Of a stretch of 64,000 nucleotides of DNA, positions 15,520 through 26,695 are shown piece after piece. Both the position numbers and the translations under genes were made by a program. The notes beneath the pieces were generated by a model. It worked only from the letters and a program-made list of their open reading frames with translations. It made no database searches and was not told where the DNA came from. Source of the stretch: Zygnema circumcarinatum SAG 698-1b (Eukaryota > Plantae > Zygnematophyceae); contig CM074816.1 in the NCBI GenBank assembly GCA_037447605.1, positions 1,888,525 through 1,952,524 on the forward strand, given 5' to 3'. The stretch's first letter is position 1. Each line of letters begins with the position of its first letter.

Positions 15520-18500
15520 ATGCAATCCCTCCCATCTCTGCGCGATAGCGGTGGAAAGAGCAGCTCCAAGGGAGCCATTGGTCCGAGCACGCTGCTGCGG
15601 AGATGCATGCTGGCACTCACAGGCGGATGGATTCTCGCAATACTCGCGATCACGCTCTACTCTCCTGCGTGAGTTTGCCTCTTCCTAACAATCACAAATC
15701 GTAACCCTAATCCTAACCCTAAACCGCTCACCCCAACTCTTACCCTAATTCTAGGCCCTTCACCTAACCTTACATTTAACCCTGACCTTAAGCCTAACCT
15801 TGACCCTATCCTAACCCTAACCCTAACCCTGACCCGAACCCTAATCGTAACCCTAATCGTGGCCCTGGCCCCGACTTATGCTGACCTCGACTCTGGGCCT
15901 CAGCTCAACCTAAAAGCTAAGCCTTATTCCCACGTCAATCCTAGACGTTTTGGTTAAAGTTGGGAAATATTCGATTATTAATGAAGCTTGACGACCTTTC
16001 GCTTTGAACGATTACTCAAAAGGGTTTACAAATTAAAAAAACACAAATTCAAGTCTTTTCTCCGATCACAAGCTCCAAATAAATGGTTTTCTGGACCGAA
16101 AATCTCATTTCAAGCCGACACAAAGCCTAAGAAGTTTTTCTGTCGCAAGCATATCATAAAGTCTGAAAGCCTTTCCGTTGGATAAAGTAATAAGGCTAGA
16201 GGTTGAGCCATTGGTATGAAAGCTGAATCTCGTTCATCGCTTTCTCCCTCCAACTTTGCATCTTATCAATGCACGTGCTATTCGGAAATCTATCACTAAC
16301 CTCATCGCCCTCACTCTAACTCACTCTATCCCCTCTTGTTTTCCTCCCTGTTTCTTTCTCCATTTCCCTCCCTCTCTCGCCCCTCCTTTCCCTCTTTTCG
16401 TCCTCGCCTCTCTCTCCCCTCTTCCTCTTCGTCCCTTTCTTCCTCTCCCTCTCACCCTCCCTCTCGCTCACCCCCTCTCTTACCCTCTCTCTGCATCTCA
16501 TCCTTCTCCCTCCCCCATTCCCTCCCCCCCCTCTTCTCCCATCTCTCTCTACATCCTCTCCTCTCTGTCTCCTCCCCCTTCCCCCTCCCCGCCCCCTCCC
16601 CCGCTCCCTTCTCCCTCTACCTCCTCTCCCCCTCCCTCTCCCTTCCCTCTCCCTCTCCCTCTCCCTCCTCCCCCTCTCCCTCTCCCCCTCCCTCTCCTTC
16701 CCTCTCCCTCTCCCTCTCCCCTCCCTCTCCCTCCCCTCTCCCTCTCCCCCTCCCTCTCCCTTCCCCTCTCCCTCTCCCTCCCCCCCTCTCCCTCTCCCTT
16801 CCCCTCTCCCTTCCCCTCTCCCTCTCCCTCCCCACCTCTCCCTTTCCCCCTCCCTCTCCCTTCCCCTCTCCCTCTTCCTCCTCCCCCTCTCCCTCTCCCC
16901 CTCCATCTCCCTCCACTCTCTCTCTCTTCCCTCTCTCTCCTTCGTGTTCTCTCCCACAGTCACCGGCACGCTCAGAGCTTTGAGGACGTGTTTGGTCAGA
17001 TCGAGCGAGCCGCCGGAGAGATCATTCGCGCTCACTCACTGGACCAGTCAGCCAGTTTGGACCCGCTGACGGAGGCTGACGACAGCAATGACGTCACGCT
17101 TCCAGAGGCCAGACCCAAGCCTCCTGGATGGAATAAGGACCCCATGGACTACCCGAAACCCACAACTTTTTTTGATATTGAAATTGGAGGGCAACCTGTA
17201 GGAAGGATTGTGTTTGCGCTCTATACTAAGCAGGTGGGAGAATTTCCTTTCACTCGAACTTGAAGGTGCCTGTTTTTTTTTTTTGTCTGGTCTGCCCTGC
17301 CGCCTTTGATTTGGTAGGTGCAATGTGAAGCGTGTAGAGCCGCCTTTGCACTATATGACTGTTGGCGTGTTTTTTTTTTTTTCGTGTCTTCTTCACTCAG
17401 TCGCCGCGGGCAGCAGAGAATTTCCGCTCCCTTTGTACAGGAGAGAAGGGGAATGTTCCAAATGAGAGTCACAGGGAAGGTGCAGGCCAACCCCTTCATT
17501 TTAAGGGCCATGAATTTTATCGAGTTATCGATCAATTCATCTGTCAAACTGGAGCAAATGTAGAAAGTGTTTATGGAGGAATGTTTGAGGACGACGAGGG
17601 AGGCCTCCTTTTAAAACACAACAAGGTATGTTTTCTCTCTTTGTTTTTCTTTTTTTTCTTAACTATGGCATCAATGATTTATCCTTAGAAACGTCATTCT
17701 GAAGGTGCCCTTGCACAGTTTGAAAATTTCCTCTCTCCCTTCCCTCTCTCCCTCGCTCCCTCCCATGCTCCCTTCATCTTCCTTCTCACTTTTTCTCTCT
17801 CGATGTCGTTCGAACACTTCTCCCATCCATCTTGATCCTCCCTCTGCCCTCTAATCTCTCCTTTTTTTCCCTCTTCTTTATCTCTCTCTTCCCTCCTCTC
17901 CTATCTCTCTCTCCCTCCTCCCTCCTCTCCAGCCCCCCTCCTCTTTTCTGCCGTACTTCCTCCACCCCGTCTATCACCCTCACCCCCTCTCTCCTTGTCC
18001 CAACTTATCACTTCAAAACTACATTTCCAGCAAGTATGTCCTTGAATCATTTAAACTTTGCGTGATTCTTTAACATAGTACGAAAGCGGCATGCCTTTCC
18101 ATACCCTTTTTCGGTCTAAAAATTTTCAATATTTGAGGGATGCAGAAGGGCCTCCTCTCTATGGCGAATGCGGGTCCCAATACGAACACAGCCCACTTCT
18201 CAATTCTGATGGGACCTGCTCCGCATCTGGACGGGCATTACACCATTTTCGGAGAAGTGGTGAGTGGCTTCTGTTCAATGTGAAGATATGGTTCTCACCA
18301 TACTTAGTCAGATTTTTGATATTTGGAATATGAGAAACGGAGAGGGCCCGAAAATGTTCTGTAGGGGAAGAATGCTTCTACTGCTCGTCAATACTATAGA
18401 CCAGCCGTCCCTTGTTCTCTTTCATTCTAAGGTTGGGCTTTCGGCCCTTGTTCCGAATCTCCTCGTGGTTTCTTATCTTGTCAATTTTCAGGTTAAGGGA

Positions 18501-18656
18501 ATGGAGGTGGTCGACAAGATCAACTCCCTCGCGAAGCCTCCCGGATCGCCGGACGAGCGACCGCAGCGGCCCGTGCTGATAGCCAACTCGGGGCAGCTCG
18601 TCTGTGATGAGGGCGGCGGCAGTTGCACGGAAATCAGTGGAACGGCAACTACATGA
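15520..18656 (+). CDS. Cyclophilin-type peptidyl-prolyl isomerase with an N-terminal transmembrane anchor
   Basis: Exon 15520-15668 (hydrophobic [17 protein letters not shown]) joins 16960 in frame. Then [75 protein letters not shown]. Stop at 18654-18656. Confidence 0.92.
15703..15925. repeat. Degenerate telomere-like (CCCTAA)n tract in cyclophilin intron 1
   Basis: 6-bp periodic units, with a core ctaaccctaaccctaaccct at about 15811-15830. Confidence 0.8.
16340..16955. repeat. About 600-bp polypyrimidine (CT/CCT) low-complexity tract
   Basis: Nearly purine-free sequence inside cyclophilin intron 1. Confidence 0.95.
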
Positions 18657-20189
18657 TCTCTGCTCCGTTAGGAAAGGAGCAATCACAGAGCATCATCATT
18701 CACAATGATGTTTTTTTAAGTTTGGCTTAATGTAAAAAAGTAGAAGCGCTGCACCTCCTCCGTGCATGGATGCATGGTGTGTTTTTTTATCCCGTCCCGC
18801 ACCGTGGCATGTCAGCCGGCGGTTGTTGCAGCCCCATGCAGCACGGGCATGACAGGCGGTCACTGTGTCACATGTCAGTTCGTCGTCAGAGAACTGAATT
18901 GGCATTGGGCTCACGATGCATGGCCATCTCATGGACGTGGCCGACAACAACAGCAACATGGGGAAACACGAGGAACCAACTTGGCCCCTAATGTCCCTAG
19001 GGACGACTGAAAAGCGCTTCAACAACAACATGCGTTGACAGGTCCGCTTCATGTTCAATGTCCGCAACATTAGCATTTCCATGCAGATGTTCCGACGAAG
19101 TTGCGTGATTCCAAGCTCCATGTGTTCGTAACGGGGGCCGGAACCAAGATTCCCTCCAAGCTCCTCTCTTTTGGCCTCTTTCGGAATTTTGGATTCTGCT
19201 TACGGACGGTCGTAGAGGGTGAGTGCCACGTGTCGTGCTCACGCTCGTCAAGCAGTCAAGGTGTACGAAAATTTGCGGCATAATTTGTCGTTTCCCTAAA
19301 GACTCGCAAAACTGTTGGCGGCTGGCGGGTGAGCGACCTCGATCAGCGGAGGACAGGCCAATCAGCGCTCGTAGAGTGGGGTTTTTTTGCGGCTCCACCG
19401 ACCTAGTGGTGACCACCGACCTACAGCCGACATTTCTCGAACGCGTAACGACAATTTTTGACCTCCAGCAACGGGAGAACCGACCAATCAGCACTCGAAT
19501 TGAGAAAATTGCGGCTGCACCGACCAATCTCCGACATTTCCTAAAACGCTTCGTAAAACGACAAATGTTTTTGGAGTTTTCTCACATAGGGCAGCAACAG
19601 CCTTTTCGAAACTGAAATATTTTTGAAGGAAAATATTTCAGTTCTCTGAACATTTTACAGGCAGAATTGAACATTGTCATTAGATTTGGAATTAGTTTTT
19701 GCCCGAAAAGGAAAATTGCCATCTGTGATTGGTAGAAATCATTTAAAATTTTCCACGTTTTATTGCAAACATTTGTTTTTGGTACCCGACGGTCGCTTCT
19801 CAAAACTGAAAGTTTTTCAATGAAAAGATTTACATTTCTGGAAGCCCCTAGAAATGTTTGAGGGGACTTAAAAAGTAAATAAAACATTCTTTGGCCAAAA
19901 AAGTGAATAAAAATTTCCTTAGTGTTGAAAGCCTGCCTTCAGCGGTCCCCTTTCCAATCCGAGGCCACTCCCTCCTGGAGGACATTGCTGCCTCCTTCCT
20001 TTCCTTTTCCATTTCAAAATTTCTCAATTTCTTTGCAATATCTTCCCTCTCGAAGTTCATCATCTCTCTCTTCCCACCTCTGCCCATCTCCGGCAGCTTC
20101 TGAAGAACGCACTTTCCTGCGTTTCTTGCAGTATTGGAGCACATATTGGAGGGTTACAGCTCCAGAAAATTAGGGTCACGTTGCTTACT

Positions 20190-21089
20190 ATGAGACCCAT
20201 TATGGCTTTCGCTTTTGGGTTTTTCCTGCTGGTGACATCTGTCACAGCTGCGGTGCCGGCGGAGCACCTGCAAGAGAGGGCGAAAGAGGGGGACGTTCAG
20301 TTTCAGAGGCCCGCAGGGACCTTTACTGACCGGCCCATCATTGGAATTTTGACGCTGCCCGTGACAGTGGCGAGGCAGCGGCGGTTTGGGAACTCCAGTT
20401 TTGCGACTTCCTACGCGAGGTGGATCGAAGGAGGGGGCGCGCGGACGGTTCCAATTCTCTATGATTCGTCCGCGGAGGAGCTGGATTTCATCCTCAACAG
20501 GTGCTGATGCTTCGCAATGATGATGATGATGATATTCTCGAAGAGATTTTGGTATCAGATTATTATGATTTGTGGTGCTTAAGGTGTCTGATAGATGTCC
20601 TTGGCTTTTTATTAAGTGGAAATTTTCTGTCGGACTCTTTTCTTTGCTGCTTGCTTGCTGAAAAGTAGGCCTCGAAGGAAGAGGAGAAGAGATGAGAGAA
20701 GGGAGAAGGGATTGTGAGAGGAGGGTGGCTGTGCTTTACACGGAGCGAAAAGTAAAAAGGTAAAAGTCATCCTGGAGAATGAATGTTGCTCATTTCCATG
20801 GGGCTTTTTACATAGCAGAAAATCTTTTCGATCTGTGCAGAATCAACGGTGTGTTCTGGACGGGTGGACTCGTGGATTTCAATCCAGAGATCACAGATCC
20901 GGAAGGCTCAAAGTACCTCATCACGACGGACCACATCTTCAAGCATGTGTTTAGCGAGAATGAGGCTGGAAACTATTACCCCATGTGGGGCACCTGCCTC
21001 GGCTTCGAGCGAATGACGCAGGTGTGAATAAAGTCTCCTCCCTATCAAAGAAACGAAAAGAAACCCCATCTGATCTGATTATGCTCTCT

Positions 21090-21128
<39 letters not shown>

Positions 21129-22366
21129 GTTGTATTGTAATTTCCTTAACAAAAACTGAAATATATACCTATATCGCATACTGTTGTATTGCAGCTGTTT
21201 GCCAACGATCGAAACGCCACCATCCTGGAGGTGGTCGATGCTGAAAACTTTGACATTAATCTCGAGCTGACGACGGCGGGATGGATGAGCCGCCTCTTCG
21301 GGGGAATGAGCTACGAGCTCTTCAAGGCGGTGGCCTCCCCCGTGGGCCATCTCGCCTTCAACAACCACGGCCTCGGCATTCATCCAAACGACTTCCGGAG
21401 CTCGCCCGCGTACGAGCATCTCAAGATTCTTTCAATCGACGAGGATCGCAACGGAAAGCTCTTCGTTTCGACTGTGGAGGGGAGGAAGTACCCGTTCTAT
21501 GCATCGCAGTGGCACCCTGAGAAAGCTCCTTGGGAGTTTTCTCCGAAGTATACCATGTCGCATTCACTGGTAAGAGAAGCAGGAATCGTAATACCTACTA
21601 CCCATGTGAGGTTAAATCTCTTAGTTCTAAAATTGCAATTGCATTCTTCGACGATGATATGAGTTGCAAGTTCAGATGTTTGGAAGGGTTAGCCCAAGGA
21701 GCTGAGCTTTTGTTGGTTGGAGATGAGAGGATCTTTCTCTCTCTCTCTCTCTCTCTTCTTTCTCTCCCCTCTTTCACTCTCTCTCTTTTTCTCTCCCTTT
21801 CGCTCTCCCTCTCTCTCCTCTCTCTCCCTCCCTCTCCTCTCTCTCTTCTCTCTTTCTCTCTTTCCTCTCTCTCCCTCTCTCTCTCCTCTCTCTCTCCTCT
21901 CTCTCCCTCCCTCTCCTCTCTCTCTTCTCTCTTTCTCTCTTTCCTCTCTCTCCTCTCTCACTCCTCTCTCTCTTTCACTCCCTCTCTCTCCTCTCTCTCT
22001 CCCTCTCTCTCTCCCTCTCCTCTCTCTCTCCCTCTCTCTCTCTCTCCCCCTCTCTCCCTCTCACTCTCCCCCTCTTTCTCTCTCTCTCTAACATCATATG
22101 AAAGGGTGGGGAGGATGCAGGAAGCTTTGGAATTCTCCAACTACCTTGGACGGTTCTTCGTGAACGAGTGCAAGTTCAACAAGAACAAGTTCGAGAACGA
22201 GTCTGTCGTGTCACGCCTCCTGACGGCGAACTGGCCCTCGCGCCCCACGGGGGCTGCGCACGGCATCATTAGCACCTACTCGGAAATTACCTTCTTTAAG
22301 AACAGGTATCCGTTCGCCCTCGCGGCGGCCGATGGGGGGCGATCGCAGGAAATTGGAAGCATGTGA
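20190..22366 (+). CDS. GGH: Gamma-glutamyl hydrolase (peptidase C26), paralog 1
   Basis: Signal peptide, RPIIGIL, SYARWIEGGGARTVP, INGVFWTGG, catalytic WGTCLGFE and QWHPEK. Exons 20190-20500, 20841-21021, 21195-21569, 22121-22366. Confidence 0.93.
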
Positions 22367-23151
22367 AAATTTTCCTCTTCTTATTCGAGCGCTGCGATCT
22401 TGGCATATTTGAGAAGGGGGGGTCTCAAAAAAGAAAAGAAAAAATTGAACAAGGGGAGAGGGTGGTTCTGGGGCGCTGAGCTTTTTCTTATTCACAAATT
22501 TTTTTAGAGCTAAAATCGGCTCACGGAAAAAAAAGAGAGTTTTGTCACTGCAGGCTAAAGCAAAGCAGTCGAGTTTTGGGGTTCGACGACATGCATGATT
22601 ACATTTTTGGGGGGGAATTCGATTGAATTTTTGGCGAGACGTCGCCGCTCTCAGAGAGAGATGCTATTTTAATGACATTTTTCTCTTTTTTTGTAATCAA
22701 TTTGCGTACTATGTACAAATGGCTGCGAGCAAAGATCATGTGTAATGGAATCACTTCTTGTTTTTTGGATTGTGTCGAGGGATTTTTTTTGTTGTTGTTT
22801 TCTCTCTCTCTCTGCCCCTATTTCTCTCTCCCTCCCCCGTCCTCTGCTTCCCCCTACCGCAGGTTAGCAGAACAAGGGCACTAGTATAGAAAGGGCTACA
22901 ACTACGACCGAGCCATAGAGGAAGGAAATGGCAAGGGTAGATAAATAAAACGGTTTAGGTTTGGCCTTTACTGGTTAAATATCGAGAAGAGGTGAACGTG
23001 GGATTAATACTTTCAGAAAAAAATGATTTCATTGTATTCGCTGATGATCAGCAGTCAAAAACAGTGTTCCTTTAATAAGGAATAAAAGAAGAAAGAAACA
23101 CCAGTGACTTGTGTGACTTGAAAGACCGCCACTGTTTTTGACAGTCGATCA

Positions 23152-24170
23152 AGGGAGGGAGCCATGTCGGCCTCAGCACAAAGCGTTTGCTTGTGCTTTT
23201 TGCAGTTGCAGCTATGGCTGGGACTCCATGTGACGGTCCTGTGACGGAGGCTCCGTGCTCACATATGTGCTGACTTGGCAGGCTGTTGATTGGCCGAAGC
23301 CGGCCTATTTTTCTCCTGTTGCCACGTGGCGTTAGTTTTACCGGTTAACTGGAAAGCCCCGTTTCCCAGGGCCTTTCTCCTTGGCCGCAACCACGTGTAC
23401 AAGGTGATTACGTGGCGTGTAGCCATTGAACATTGAATCTGTCTGCAAACATAGCAACAGTACAGGCCAAAGCATGTTTCCCATAATAGACACACTTTAG
23501 AGAGCGGTCATTCTAAATTTACCCGTTCATCTGAAACTGCGCGCCTAGTGCCACGTGGCGGATCCTGGGAGCGAGGCCGAAAGTTGACCGAAAGGATCCT
23601 TTTAGAAAATAAAAAGAAGGAAACGCTAGTTACACACCTTTTGGGCTAGATACATACCTGTTGTCGCCGATCAGATCTCATTTTAGGATTTTTATCATAT
23701 TGGGTTTTTTCTCAAACGAAGGTGTGTATCTAGACAAAGAAGGTGTGTAAATTGTAATGCCCTAAAAGAAATGCCACTAGAAAAGAAAATACGAATTCGT
23801 CCAACGAGCTTCCAAGAGCTTCTTTGTTTTTTTGTTTTTTTTTCCAAGAGCTGCCCGGCGGCCTTTCAGGGCTAGCTTCCAGGCAGCGCCGTCCAATGGA
23901 TACACGCCACGTAAGCACCTTGTACACGTGTTGGCGCCCACGGAGAAAGGCCCTGGGAAAAGGGGCTTTCCAGTTGGCCGGTAGAACGAACGCCACGTGG
24001 CAACAGGAGAAAAACAGGCCGGCTTCGGCCACTCAACAGCCTGCCAAGTCAGCAAATATGTGAGCACGGAGCCTCCGTTACAGGACCGTCACATGGAGTC
24101 CCAGCCGTAGCTGCAACTGCAAAAAGCACAAGCAAACGCTTTGTGCTGAGGCCGACATGCCTCCCTCCCT
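23152..24170. mobile_element. About 1.0-kb foldback element with ~280-bp inverted arms (MULE/foldback-like, non-autonomous)
   Basis: Arm 23152-23431 is the near-exact reverse complement of 23891-24170. No clear TSD found. Confidence 0.75.
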
Positions 24171-24358
24171 CGCAGCAGCTGCGCTTTGCATGGCGGAGTG
24201 CTGATTCCGACTGTCTTAAGGCTTTCGAGCTGGGCACGGAGATATTACAGGAGATTGCTTTGGGAGAACTGTTGAGGATTTCTGGTGCTGCTGCAGAGAA
24301 GAGTTTGCCAGTGACCGGGTTTCAAAAATTCCTTACTTTTTCTTTTTTCTTTCTTTCC

Positions 24359-26695
24359 ATGAAGACCATGGGGAGGCGGAGTTCCTTCATAGCCCTGGCC
24401 GTCGTTTGGCTAGCAAGGATGCTTCTTTTCTTGAGGTTTGGAGAAGCAGCCGTTCCTGCAGATTTTTTGCAGGAGCGGCTTGTTGACGCAGAGCGGTACA
24501 GTCGGCCTAGTGAGAGAGCGACAGATAGGCCAATAGTTGGAATACTGACGCTTCCTGTGACTGTTCCAAGACAGAAACGGTACGGGAACTCCAGCTTCGC
24601 AACGTCATACGTGCGTTGGATTGAAGCTGGAGGCGCTCGGACAGTGCCCATCCTATACGACTCCACTGCCGAGGAGCTTGATTTTCTCTTGAACAGGTGA
24701 CGATGAATCTGACTTGTGGTGCGTCTTACTTGTCATGCTTGTCGCGAGTGCTTTGGTGACAGGGACAGACAAGTAGAGGATTTGACTATGCCGATATAGG
24801 CTTATCTTAGTTTCGAGGCTGTCGTCGCAGGCTTGTCGCAGAATTTTTCTGATAGTGCTCACAGTTTTCAGTTGTAGTCTTTTGTTGATGCTTGCTACGT
24901 ACAGGCTCGCTTTGCTTACAGGTGAACCGATAAAGTGCAGAGAAGTATGGATATCGCGGCAAAGATGCCTCTTTTGACTTTGTAATGAAGGAATTGCATA
25001 TTTGTTCCATCCAGTCCTGTGCATATCGATAGATGGTTTGCTGCATAATTCTTTAATTCATCATGGCCATACTAACTGCCATGAAGTTTCAATTGTACGA
25101 GTATGACGTATGGCTATGTGCGTTTTTAAGCATTGAAAATAGAAACCGTAGGCAATTCTATTTTGATTTGGTTCTGCATAGGCTAATCTATTGGCTAAAT
25201 GCTTGCTTTTTTTCTGCAGTTTTACGATCGACTTTATATGAGGCTGGAGATAGAAGTAGAGGCAGCTGCACGCAAGAAAACTGAAACTTTAGTTGGTGTT
25301 ACAGGATTAACGGCGTATTCTGGACCGGGGGACTGGTCGATTTCAATCCTGAGATAACCGACCCAGAGGGCTCAAAGTATTTGACAACCACGGAGCACAT
25401 CTGGCGCCATGTGCTCAAGGAGAATCAAGCTGGAAACTACTACCCGATGTGGGGGACTTGCCTTGGCTTTGAGCGCGTGGTGCAGGTATGGTGATAGTTC
25501 GCGTCTTAACTTGACCCTTCTGTTATGATGTTGATGAAGGACCAAAGAAATCGAGAAAGACTTGTTTCTTTCCTGTTTTGTTTTGTCTTTTCCTTTTTCA
25601 TATACATCCTTTTGCTGTCTCCTGTGTGCTCATTGTATAAAGTAATTTTTGAAATCTGAAATAGTTTGCTTAAAAGTACTAGCTGTCTTTGTCTCAAGAC
25701 CACAAAGGAGTATGCAACATATCATCGATCATGGACTGTCCCATGCGATATTGTTGTGCTGTTCAGCTATTCGCTGGAGACAAAAATGGTTCCATCATTC
25801 AAGATGTGGATGCGGAAAACTATGACATCAACTTGGAACTGACAACCTCTGGATGGTTGAGTCGGCTTTTTGGTGGAATGACGTACGAGCTCTTCAAAGA
25901 AGTAGCGTCACCTTTAGGTCATCTAGCATTCAACAATCATGGCCTTGGAATCCACCCCGACGCTTTCCGCAAGAGTGCAGCCCACAAGCACTTGAAAGTT
26001 CTCTCGATTGACGTGGACCGTAAGGGAAAGTTATTTGTTTCAACATTCGAAGGACGTGAATACCCCTTCTATGGGAGCCAATGGCACCCAGGTGCAGTTT
26101 TTCCCCCCTTCTGTCCATTTATTACACTTTAGCGTATGAACGTGATCTGGAGGGGGTGCTTCAGACGTTCGAAGTCTCTGGCGAGTCCAAGCATGGAACT
26201 CATTTTAACACTTATGTTTTAGAGGGGGGTTGCGCAGAAAAGGCCCCGTTCGAATGGACGCCGAAGTACAGGATGTCTCACTCTAAGGTGAGCAAGAAGC
26301 CTGGAGATGGGTTGTGCGTTGCTAAACAAAAAGGTGGGAATAGGGAGGACGAGAGTGCACAGAGGGACGCTTGAGGCATTAGGAGTCTATGAAAGTTACA
26401 AAAGTGGAATTCGTTTTTAACTTCGGCGGGAGTGAGGGGAGGGGTTGTGCAGAAAGCTATCGAATTCTCGAACTATTTAGGGCGCTTCTTCGTGAACGAA
26501 TGCAAGTACAATAAAAATAAGTTCGAAAACGCAACTATTGAGAATCTCCTTCTGATGTCGAATTGGCCTTCTCGTCCGACAGGAGCCGTTCATGACATCA
26601 TCAGCGCCTACTCGGAAATCATTTTTTTCAAGCGGAGGTATCCCTTCAAGCTGGCTAGGGTCGAGCAGGAAGGAGTGGGTATTGCAAAATATTGA
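24359..26695 (+). CDS. GGH: Gamma-glutamyl hydrolase (peptidase C26), paralog 2
   Basis: Same motifs as paralog 1 (RPIVGIL, WGTCLGFE, QWHP|EK). Exons 24359-24697, 25306-25486, 25768-26091, 26238-26287, 26451-26695. Confidence 0.93.

Noticed and set aside
16256-17035. Long Pro/Ser/Leu-rich and Gly/Arg/Glu-rich ORFs (possible extensin-like protein)
   Set aside because: They are reading frames through an intronic CT tract; the real exon starts at 16960 and joins exon 15520-15668 in frame.
18997-19615. 176-aa and 130-aa opposite-strand ORFs between the cyclophilin and GGH1
   Set aside because: No recognisable motifs or splice-consistent partners. The nearby 14-bp hairpin (19610-19643) is too short to interpret.
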